DNA from: a virus
Taxonomy: Duplodnaviria; Caudoviricetes
Direction: 5' to 3' (one strand)
Length of the DNA stretch: 53,319 nucleotides
Virus record (IMG/VR): IMGVR_UViG_3300013212_000038
Location: 1 to 53,319 of that record
A program made the translations under genes and the position numbers. Shown here piece by piece: positions 1 to 7,155 of the stretch (position 1 is its first letter; every line of letters begins with the position of its first letter). Under the pieces are notes generated by a model. That model did no database searches, was not told where the DNA came from, and worked only from the letters and a program-made list of their open reading frames with translations.

Positions 1-51
1 CGCTACATGAACTTTAATGAAATCCCTGAGTATGTTGATTCCATTGCATAA
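1..51 (+). CDS. acnB: 3' end of aconitate hydratase B (partial)
   Basis: Frame 1 reads RYMNFNEIPEYVDSIA*, resembling the conserved AcnB C-terminal YRY(L/M)NF motif; followed by a terminator. Only 16 codons are visible. Confidence 0.6.
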   Translation, partial: RYMNFNEIPEYVDSIA

Positions 52-94
52 ATCGGCGTTGACTGTCTAAGAATCGGCGCGAGATAAATGCCAG

Positions 95-125
95 AAAAGC
101 CCCGTCGTTATTGATGGGGCTTTTT
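95..125 (+). terminator. Rho-independent terminator (possibly bidirectional)
   Basis: AAAAGCCCCGTCG-loop-TGATGGGGCTTTTT. Confidence 0.85.
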
Positions 126-169
126 ACTTTTAGACAGGAAAACACCCCGATCTGGCGGGCTGAAACACC

Positions 170-496
170 ATGGAATGCGAGGTCTGGCAACTGCGCCGCG
201 ACGGCCTGAAGCTGCCGCAAGATGCACTCGACGGGCCGCACCGCGGCTGGCTACGGTTGGCGCGGTACAACATCGCAGGCGCGGTCACACTACACGCCGA
301 CCTGCGCCTCGGCGCCGGCCAAGGCGCACCATCGGCGCTACTTGGTCTCACCTCGGTCGAGGTCCGCCGCCTGGATGACCGCGGCATCCTGCTGTACGGG
401 CTCCAGGCCGAGCCGTGGGCCGGGCCGGCGGCCGTGCGGCATCGACAGGCCTGGTTCTGCCGGCCGATCAGGCCGGAGACAGCGCCGGAGCGCTGA
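170..496 (+). CDS. Hypothetical phage protein
   Basis: 108-aa ORF with protein-like composition, convergent with the acyltransferase. Confidence 0.6.
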   Translation: MECEVWQLRRDGLKLPQDALDGPHRGWLRLARYNIAGAVTLHADLRLGAGQGAPSALLGLTSVEVRRLDDRGILLYGLQAEPWAGPAAVRHRQAWFCRPIRPETAPER

Positions 497-1490
497 GCCG
501 CCGGCCCAGCTTGATCATCGGCCGCTCGATCGCCGCCTCGGTGGCCAGCGCAACCAAGTAGCTCAGTAGGATGGTGAGGCCGATGCCCAGCACCGCCGAC
601 ACCGCTCGGCCACCAAGGCCGCCCACCAGCCACGGAGCAACGAAGAAGGCCGGGATGAAGTGCACGACGTACATGCTGAAGGACACCTGACCGACCCGGC
701 ACAACCAAGCCGGCGCGTCGCCGAGCTGCCTCAGCACGCGCAGCACCAGGGCCGCCACCAGCCCGAGCATGAGCGGGTTGCCGCTGCGCAGCTTCCAGAT
801 CAGGGCCCAGCAGGCCGCGACCAGCACCACAGCGACAAGATCCTGGCGCCAGCGCAGCGCGGGCCGCAGATAGACCCAGAAGCCCATGAGGAACACGGGG
901 AGCTGCAGAGCCAGGCTGTGATATCGAAAGCTCGCCTGGGCCTCGGTCCACGGCCAAGCCCAGCCGATGAAGGCAGCCCAGGCGCAGGCAAGCGCCGGCA
1001 GCGCCCAGTCCGCCGACCGGCCAAGCCTGAGCAGCGGCCCCACAACGAAGGGGAATACGCAATAGAACAGCACCTCGGTGCCGATGGACCACCCGCCCGG
1101 CACGACCGAGTTGTGAGCGTCATGGATGAGCCCGTGCACCAGGGCCGCATTCGAGACCAGATTTCCAGGCGTGTAGAGCTCAGCCTCGCCCCGCATAGAG
1201 AACCAGCCCCAGTAGAGCAGGATGCCGATGTAGTACATCGGCGCGATGCGGAAGAGCCGGCGCACCCAGAAGGCGCTGAGCCGGCTGTCGCGGTCCCAGG
1301 CCATGCACAGGGTCAGCGCTGAGGCGGCGAAGAAGAGCTGCACGCCGTACTGGCCCAGCATCGCGATGTCGGTCCAGGTGCGCCCGATCTCAACCCGGAA
1401 GGGCTGCGCGGCATGGCAGATGACCACCAGCAGGATGGCAACTCCGCGCGCCGCGTCGATGTAGTGGACTTTGTCGGCCTCTCTCCCCAT
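468..1490 (-). CDS. Acyltransferase-3 (OafA/Oac-like) membrane O-acyltransferase
   Basis: IDAARGVAILLVVICH, GVQLFF, FWVRRLFRIAP, WSIGTEVLFY, SFSMYVVH, IERP motifs; many hydrophobic segments. Confidence 0.92.
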   Translation of the reverse strand: MGREADKVHYIDAARGVAILLVVICHAAQPFRVEIGRTWTDIAMLGQYGVQLFFAASALTLCMAWDRDSRLSAFWVRRLFRIAPMYYIGILLYWGWFSMRGEAELYTPGNLVSNAALVHGLIHDAHNSVVPGGWSIGTEVLFYCVFPFVVGPLLRLGRSADWALPALACAWAAFIGWAWPWTEAQASFRYHSLALQLPVFLMGFWVYLRPALRWRQDLVAVVLVAACWALIWKLRSGNPLMLGLVAALVLRVLRQLGDAPAWLCRVGQVSFSMYVVHFIPAFFVAPWLVGGLGGRAVSAVLGIGLTILLSYLVALATEAAIERPMIKLGRRLSAPALSPA

Positions 1491-1508
1491 GGCGGGAGGC
1501 TAACCGAT

Positions 1509-1841
1509 CTAGTCGGAGCCGTGTGCCGCCTGATCACGGGTCATGGCCACCGTGTCAGCGAAGTCGCCCAGCTTGGTACGGCCGTGGAAGAGCGGTGGAG
1601 GCAGCACCTTGACTTTCGGCCGCACCGGAACGAAGTGGACGATTCGCAACCGCTCGCCCCGGCGCTCCGCATAGAGCATGTGGGGCAGCCAGGAGCCCAG
1701 CCGGCTCGCGCGGATGAGGATGTGCCTGGCACCTGACCGCCACAAGACGAAGTAGCGCTCCCCGTCTACGGTGATGCGCCGCGATTCCCGCCCCCGTCGC
1801 CAGTACAGCCGCAACGCGAACAGGATGCAGTTTGATCGCAC
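1509..1841 (-). CDS. Hypothetical phage protein
   Basis: 110-aa basic ORF in operon position after the spanins. Confidence 0.65.
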   Translation of the reverse strand: MRSNCILFALRLYWRRGRESRRITVDGERYFVLWRSGARHILIRASRLGSWLPHMLYAERRGERLRIVHFVPVRPKVKVLPPPLFHGRTKLGDFADTVAMTRDQAAHGSD

Positions 1842-1848
1842 GGCAGCC

Positions 1849-2394
1849 TCACGGCGGCGTCAGCGCATCGTAGGCCCGCTCGCAGAGCTGGCCGGCCCGG
1901 CGGGCGGTGTCAGCCGCAACCGCTGCTTGCTCCGCAAAGTCGTCAAGCGCCCCGACCACGTCGGCGAGGATGCGGACTCGCTCGGCTGCCGGGCAGCTGC
2001 CGGCAGCGGCGGGATCTCGGCTTTGATCACCGAGGGAGGTGGCGAGGTCGGTGGCGTAGCGCTGCAGCTGGCCATGAGAGCTGCGTAGGCGAGCAGCTTC
2101 AGCTTCAGCAGCTTGGCGGGCAATGAATTCAGCATCGGCGGCCTCCTGGCGTTTGAGGGCGGTTCGAGCAGCGTCACGCTGCTGGGTTTCGAGCGCTTGG
2201 CGGGCCTGGCGCTCTTGGGTCTCGCGGTACTCGGCGAACTTCTGGCGCACGGCCGATGTCTCAGCCTTGGCGGTGGCCACCTCGGCCCGGGCTTCCTGCA
2301 GTCGCATGGTCTGGGTGCCGAGGGCCAGCAGCAGGGCCACGATGACCCATGCCCAGACGGGCACAGCGCGGAGGAGGCTGAGGGCTTCTTTCAT
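1849..2394 (-). CDS. Rz-like inner-membrane spanin (DUF2514-like)
   Basis: N-terminal TM helix, coiled coil, C-terminal GQLCERAYDAL; ATG at 2394 overlaps the endolysin stop (ATGA). Confidence 0.88.
   Translation of the reverse strand: MKEALSLLRAVPVWAWVIVALLLALGTQTMRLQEARAEVATAKAETSAVRQKFAEYRETQERQARQALETQQRDAARTALKRQEAADAEFIARQAAEAEAARLRSSHGQLQRYATDLATSLGDQSRDPAAAGSCPAAERVRILADVVGALDDFAEQAAVAADTARRAGQLCERAYDALTPP
1860..2135 (-). CDS. Rz1-like outer-membrane spanin lipoprotein embedded in Rz
   Basis: Alternative frame inside Rz; AGGAGG SD before ATG 2135; signal peptide ending LMASC (lipobox) then Pro-rich mature region. Confidence 0.85.
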   Translation of the reverse strand: MLNSLPAKLLKLKLLAYAALMASCSATPPTSPPPSVIKAEIPPLPAAARQPSESASSPTWSGRLTTLRSKQRLRLTPPAGPASSASGPTMR

Positions 2395-2942
2395 GGCTTG
2401 TCGGGCGTCAGGCACAGCTTCGTCTCGTCAAGTCGGCGAGCGTGCAGGCCGCGGTAGAACGTCGGGCCCACGTTGGACCAGTTCGGCGATCCGTCGGGCC
2501 GGGTGCTGATGGCCCGGCATCCGGCCTCAAGCTGGCCGGCGTTGATCAGCTTCACGGCCGTGCTGCCGCAGGTGGCGCCCACCCCGAAGTTGTGCGCGTG
2601 CGAGGTGAGCGCGTCGAACGCGTTCTGGGTGACCCGGCCGGTGATGCACTTGGCCAGGCCCTGCTGGGTCTGCGTGACGACGTACTCCTGGGCCGCGTCA
2701 CACTTCTCCTGGCTCCAGACCTCGCCCACCACCACCGGGTATGGGCTGACGGCCGCCGTGATGCCGTAGCAGGCCGTTGGCAGCCCGCCGGCGAGCGTGT
2801 CGGCGTAGACGACGTGCTGGGTCTTGCCACCGTCCTCCCACTTGTGCAGGAAGCCCGTCAGGGCCGCGCTGACCAGCACCACGGCGGCCCCGCCCTTGGT
2901 GAAGGCGCGCCGGCGCAAGGTGGGCTGCTGCTGGGCGTTCAT
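2391..2942 (-). CDS. Phage lysozyme (GH24), probable SAR endolysin
   Basis: Gly/Ala-rich N-terminal hydrophobic stretch, WE...YADT...PTACYG catalytic region, AHNFG, GLHARR. Confidence 0.9.
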   Translation of the reverse strand: MNAQQQPTLRRRAFTKGGAAVVLVSAALTGFLHKWEDGGKTQHVVYADTLAGGLPTACYGITAAVSPYPVVVGEVWSQEKCDAAQEYVVTQTQQGLAKCITGRVTQNAFDALTSHAHNFGVGATCGSTAVKLINAGQLEAGCRAISTRPDGSPNWSNVGPTFYRGLHARRLDETKLCLTPDKP

Positions 2943-3160
2943 CGGCGGGCCTTCGGTTGCGCCACGATCCGGGCCACGGCCGCGCCCATGCTGATGGCGA
3001 AGGCGGCACCAGCGAACCGGCCCCGGCCGATGAACTCGGCCACACCGTCAGGGATCAGCGGCAGCGCGAACTCCGCAGCAGAGAGAAGCGCGGACAGCAG
3101 CGACAGCCGCACGGACCAGAAGCGAAGCCAGAGGCGGCGGGCGTCTTCGATCAGCTGCAT
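2939..3160 (-). CDS. Holin-like membrane protein
   Basis: 73 aa, two hydrophobic segments, basic C-terminus, coupled to the endolysin. Confidence 0.7.
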   Translation of the reverse strand: MQLIEDARRLWLRFWSVRLSLLSALLSAAEFALPLIPDGVAEFIGRGRFAGAAFAISMGAAVARIVAQPKARR

Positions 3161-3167
3161 AGCGCGC

Positions 3168-3377
3168 TCACTTGAAGAAGCTGGAGTGGCTTGCCACCCA
3201 TGACACGAAGGCGCCGGCCGTGCTGGCGATCGTCATGCCCATCCAGAAGCCGCCCTTGCTTCGGTTCGCCAGCTCGAGAAGCTGCTTCACGTCGGTGCCG
3301 AGCTCGCTCACGCGCGCTTCCAGCACCTGGACCTGAGCGGCCATGCGGCCGAACTCGACGGGGTCGATCTCGCTCAT
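3168..3377 (-). CDS. Small coiled-coil plus single-TM protein (holin/antiholin-like)
   Basis: N-terminal coiled coil, KGGFW then TM helix; in the lysis cassette. Confidence 0.65.
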   Translation of the reverse strand: MSEIDPVEFGRMAAQVQVLEARVSELGTDVKQLLELANRSKGGFWMGMTIASTAGAFVSWVASHSSFFK

Positions 3378-3661
3378 GCCGAGGCAGCCCAGAGGCCCGC
3401 GATGACCGGCAGCGCGCCGGATGCAGTCGCGACGAAGTCGCCCACGCTCGGGTCACCCTTGCCGGTCTGCTTGTCCCAGACCTCCTTGAGGGCGCCGGCC
3501 GCCACAGCACCGATGGCTGCGCCGGCGCGCGGGTCCAGCAGGTAGCCCAGGTAGGCCAGCAGCAGCGGCCCCGCCACGGCGCCGATCACTGCGGCGATTT
3601 CGCCGTAGATGTGGTGGTTGGCCTTGTCTTGGGCCAGCTGGGGAAGGGTCTCCAAGTTCAT
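3374..3661 (-). CDS. Small membrane protein (YfiM/VanZ-like)
   Basis: DKANH...KEVWD...GDFVAT motif pattern with TM helices. Confidence 0.6.
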   Translation of the reverse strand: MNLETLPQLAQDKANHHIYGEIAAVIGAVAGPLLLAYLGYLLDPRAGAAIGAVAAGALKEVWDKQTGKGDPSVGDFVATASGALPVIAGLWAASA

Positions 3662-3670
3662 GAGTTCTCC

Positions 3671-5095
3671 TTAGCCCAAGCGAGACCAGTAGCCCTGGCG
3701 CTCGCAGATGTAGGTGGCCACCTGGCCACTGGTCAGCGCGGGGTTTGCGCCGAGGATGACGTCGGCCACGGCGTTGTAGGTGCCTGGGCCGACCAGCACC
3801 GTGCCGACACCCGTGGTGATGTTGTTCACCCGCACGCGGTTGCCAGTGAAAGCCGGCGGCAGAGTGACCGGCTGATTCGCAGTCGCGCCCGGGTCGCACG
3901 GCAAGCTGTCGAACGGGAACACCTTCGTGCCGCCAAAGACCCCGTATCGCGTGCGCGGGATGAACTCGCGCTCGAACGACGGCCGCGGCGCCCACTCGCA
4001 AGGGTCCCAGCTGATGCCGTTCCAGCGCTTGGGCGTGGGGGCCAGCGGCGCGGCCCGGATGCACGTCTTGGACTCACGGTCGTTGCCGGCGGACCAGAAG
4101 CACCACCAAGAGTCCTTGAAGCGAACGACGAATGGGTCACCCACGCCGTTCATCTCATGAGCGGGGTGCTGGCAAGTCCAGATGGGGAACCCGCCAAAGT
4201 CGATGTCCCACGTCAGACCGCCGTCATAGCTGAAGGCCCGGTAGAAGTGCGAGATGAACGACTCGCCGCCGCCGCTCTGTGGGCCGGCGTGATAGATCAT
4301 CACGGCACGGTCACGGCCATAGCCATCCTTCTCCACGTAGATCGGACCGTTGGAGCACCAGTCGGCATATCCCTCGGCGAACGACGTGATCGCGGGCGAG
4401 TTGCCGAAGCTGTCATCTGCCGGATTCGTCCGCAAGGCGGGACTGGGATACAGGCCAGGCAGGACGGATGTTTCGAGGGTCCAGGGGCCAGTCGGCGATG
4501 GCGCGCTGTAGGTGCAGCTCTGCCAGCTCTGGCTGGCACCGTAGAGCGCTTCCACCAGCATGCGGTACTGACCTTGCCACTTGAAAACCGCCGGATTGCC
4601 CCACTGGCCCGCACTGAGCGGGCGGCCGGAGGCGTTCGGCAGGATCTGGCCCACCAGCGTCCAGCCTAGGGCGGGCGTGGGGCCTGCCAGGTTGGCCAGC
4701 GTGGTCCACGCGCAGCGGTACTGGGTCGTGGTTACCTGCGGCGCGTAGTAGAGGTAGAGCTTCCCGTCCTCGATGTAGATGCCAGCGTGCGCTGCAAACT
4801 CGGCCTCACCACCGTTGCCGCTGCCCAGCACATAGCCGCGATTTGTCCACGGCCCGTAGGGATCGTCAGCCACGAACAACTGCTGGCCCGACGTCAGCAT
4901 GTAGTAGCGGCCGTCGTACTCCCAAACATTGGGCTCGCTCTGCGTGTTGGGCTTGTTGGCAGCCACCAGGATCGACTGGCCGGCGCTGGCCGGGAACCGG
5001 GCATCCGCCAGAGCGGTCGACCACCAGATCACGCTGGGGCTGAGATCAGCTGGGGGGGTATCGCCGATGTAGGTCTGGGCGAGCTTGGTATCCAT
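3671..5095 (-). CDS. Putative tail-associated glycoside hydrolase (five-bladed beta-propeller, GH43/32-like)
   Basis: Repeated blade motifs EPNVWEYDGRYYM, GNPAVFKWQGQYRM, GDPFVVRFKDSWW; C-terminal domain resembles fibre tips. Confidence 0.65.
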   Translation of the reverse strand: MDTKLAQTYIGDTPPADLSPSVIWWSTALADARFPASAGQSILVAANKPNTQSEPNVWEYDGRYYMLTSGQQLFVADDPYGPWTNRGYVLGSGNGGEAEFAAHAGIYIEDGKLYLYYAPQVTTTQYRCAWTTLANLAGPTPALGWTLVGQILPNASGRPLSAGQWGNPAVFKWQGQYRMLVEALYGASQSWQSCTYSAPSPTGPWTLETSVLPGLYPSPALRTNPADDSFGNSPAITSFAEGYADWCSNGPIYVEKDGYGRDRAVMIYHAGPQSGGGESFISHFYRAFSYDGGLTWDIDFGGFPIWTCQHPAHEMNGVGDPFVVRFKDSWWCFWSAGNDRESKTCIRAAPLAPTPKRWNGISWDPCEWAPRPSFEREFIPRTRYGVFGGTKVFPFDSLPCDPGATANQPVTLPPAFTGNRVRVNNITTGVGTVLVGPGTYNAVADVILGANPALTSGQVATYICERQGYWSRLG

Positions 5096-5107
5096 CAGAG
5101 ACTCCAG

Positions 5108-6283
5108 TTAGGCGACGGTGGCCTGTTGTGGCAGCGCACCCTTGGCGTACTTCGCGGCCAGGTAGGACTCCACCGCCCAGCGCTGAGCGTCGGTGAGCAC
5201 GCTGTTGAAGACGATCACCTCAGCGATGGAGCCGCTGAAGGCTTGGTTCGCATCGCCGGGAACACTGCCCAGGCAGATGCCCTGCGAGCGCGGCGTGGCA
5301 GCGCCGATCGTTCCGCTGCCGGCGGTCGCATTCGCGGCGATCACGCCATCCAGGAAGAGCTGGCGCCCGTGGACCGCAGTAACGACGTAGGGGGTGTTGA
5401 TCACCGGGCCTCCGGCGGCCGTCGTGCTCTGGCGGGCCTCCGCGCGGACCTTGACGCAGCTGTTGCCGCCACCGCCCGGGCCGCTGTCCGACGTGCCGAC
5501 GTACCAGCCGCCGTCATAGCGCACGGTCTCGTTGGTGAGGATGCGCATGTCCCGGGCGCCTGGGCCATTCGTGAGCGCGGTGAAGGCAGCCACAACGAAG
5601 ATCGTGGCTCGGCCGCCCATGCGCCGCGTGGTCAGGAGAGACACAAGGCAATCGTCGGCACCATCGAACTTGATGGCTGGCTTGCCCGTGCCGCCGCCGC
5701 CCCAGTTGGCAGCCGTTGCATAGGTTGGGCGAAGACCAGCCGTCGCCTGGGAAGCGCTGAAGCCGTTACCGGACCAGTCGGTGATGCTTGCCACCGCAGT
5801 CCCGTTGGCGACTACCGGCTCTTGGCTGGCGTCGTACCAGCAGAGCAGCGACCGAGGCGCCGCCAGGGCGGCGGGCAATGCGGCTGGCGTGATGGTCGAC
5901 AGCGAAGCGGAGAGCGTGGAACTGCCGTCGATGCCTCTCGCGCGAACGGTAAGCGTGGCAGGGACACCAGGCGGCAGGCCCGCGCACGCAATGGGCGAGG
6001 TGGCTCCAGAGCCCACAACGTTTGCGCCGGCCAGCACTTCATACAAGACTGCACCAGGCACCGGATCGAAGGCCACCAGCACACCGCTGCCCATGGCCTG
6101 CGCCCAGGCATTGCGCACCCGTCCCGCCAGCGGCGTTCTGCCCCCTGATCCGTAGTCCATCCACGCCTGACCATTGCTGTAGAGCATGGTCTTGGTGTCG
6201 GCCCGCCAGACCCATTTCCCCTCCCATTGCTGGGCGGGCGGAAGGTTCGCCGCGGTGAACGTCGGAAAGTCGGGGCTCGGCAT
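5108..6283 (-). CDS. Putative adhesin: FN3 plus LamG/ConA-like lectin domain
   Basis: FDPVPGAVLYEV/GLPPG/TVRA (FN3-like); WYDAS, DWSGNG, FDGADD, FSGSIAEVIVFNSVLT..VESYLAAKY (LamG-like). Confidence 0.72.
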   Translation of the reverse strand: MPSPDFPTFTAANLPPAQQWEGKWVWRADTKTMLYSNGQAWMDYGSGGRTPLAGRVRNAWAQAMGSGVLVAFDPVPGAVLYEVLAGANVVGSGATSPIACAGLPPGVPATLTVRARGIDGSSTLSASLSTITPAALPAALAAPRSLLCWYDASQEPVVANGTAVASITDWSGNGFSASQATAGLRPTYATAANWGGGGTGKPAIKFDGADDCLVSLLTTRRMGGRATIFVVAAFTALTNGPGARDMRILTNETVRYDGGWYVGTSDSGPGGGGNSCVKVRAEARQSTTAAGGPVINTPYVVTAVHGRQLFLDGVIAANATAGSGTIGAATPRSQGICLGSVPGDANQAFSGSIAEVIVFNSVLTDAQRWAVESYLAAKYAKGALPQQATVA

Positions 6284-6314
6284 GGCTTGAGGTCCTGCTG
6301 ATCAGTCAGCAGGC

Positions 6315-6349
6315 ATCCTCAAGCCGGTGCCGTGGGCGCTGTGTGGGCG
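6315..6349 (-). promoter_or_regulatory. Putative late promoter A
   Basis: CGCCCACAC (6341-6349)-N20-GAGGAT (6315-6320). Confidence 0.7.
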
Positions 6350-6364
6350 CGTGCGCTCGTCCGG

Positions 6365-6991
6365 TCAGACCGCAGTACAGAGCCTTGACACCCAAGGTAT
6401 CTCGAGGCGCACGGGCTCTAACTCTTGGAGGTCACCCGGCGGCACGAATACAAACCGATATTCTTCTTCAGAGTGATTGTTGGTCGTGCCTGCAAAGTAC
6501 TCGTTCGGCGCTGTGCGCCCGTTCGATTCGCGACCATACGGCACCCAACCATGTGCGCCGGTAACGCCGTCGCCATATCTCCGATGCAACTCAGTGAAGA
6601 CTAGGTTTGCAAAGAGCTGCGGGTTTTGAATCCGAACGCAATGGTCACCGAACTGCTTTAGCTTCGCGTTTCTTGATGTGCAGAACACGAACCCCTCCGC
6701 TGTGGTGATCACATTGCAGTCGGTGAGGGTGATGACGCCATCAAAGTCGTCCCCCATGTCCATGAAGTTGGTGCGCTTGAGCTCTTTCAGCAGCAAGCGC
6801 CGATCCTCTTCAGAATCTTCTTTCAGGAGGCTCGGTGGGGACCATTGAGCAGTCCCCTCGCGCGGGTCCGAACGGGGATGCTCAGGATCTCGAATACTCT
6901 TGAAGGTTGGCAGCCAGACAACTCCCTTCAATAAGTCGCTTGCCCACTGCTTTTCCTTGAATCTGCGATACACGGATTTTGGGACCTTCAC
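6365..6991 (-). CDS. Low-GC moron protein, possible ADP-ribosyltransferase fold
   Basis: GTG start with AGGGGG SD and extended -10 TGgTATTCT (7014-7022); about 50% GC in two sampled 60-nt lines; VYRR, FCTS, EEEYR motifs. Confidence 0.7.
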   Translation of the reverse strand: MKVPKSVYRRFKEKQWASDLLKGVVWLPTFKSIRDPEHPRSDPREGTAQWSPPSLLKEDSEEDRRLLLKELKRTNFMDMGDDFDGVITLTDCNVITTAEGFVFCTSRNAKLKQFGDHCVRIQNPQLFANLVFTELHRRYGDGVTGAHGWVPYGRESNGRTAPNEYFAGTTNNHSEEEYRFVFVPPGDLQELEPVRLEIPWVSRLCTAV

Positions 6992-7029
6992 GCTTCGATA
7001 CCCCCTTGCGTAAAGAATACCAAGCTCGT

Positions 7030-7155
7030 CTATCTGCGCGGCCCGAACAGGAACAGGTGTCCGATGTGTAGCGCAGCCGCCAGCAGGCCCCAGCCGCCAA
7101 ACATGGCGACGATGACGACGTAGCCGACGGCCACCATGACCATGGCGAACTTCAT
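7030..7155 (-). CDS. 41-aa hydrophobic peptide
   Basis: MKFAMVMVAVGYVVIVAMFGGWGLLAAALHIGHLFLFGPRR; ATGA overlap with the giant gene stop. Confidence 0.55.
   Translation of the reverse strand: MKFAMVMVAVGYVVIVAMFGGWGLLAAALHIGHLFLFGPRR

Noticed and set aside
5096-5110. Adhesin and glycosidase genes are in frame, separated by TAA plus 12 nt (possible read-through or split gene)
   Set aside because: The gap holds a GGAG SD for the second gene and TAA is rarely read through.
3671-6283. Diversity-generating retroelement target
   Set aside because: No reverse transcriptase or template/variable repeat pair seen in the window.
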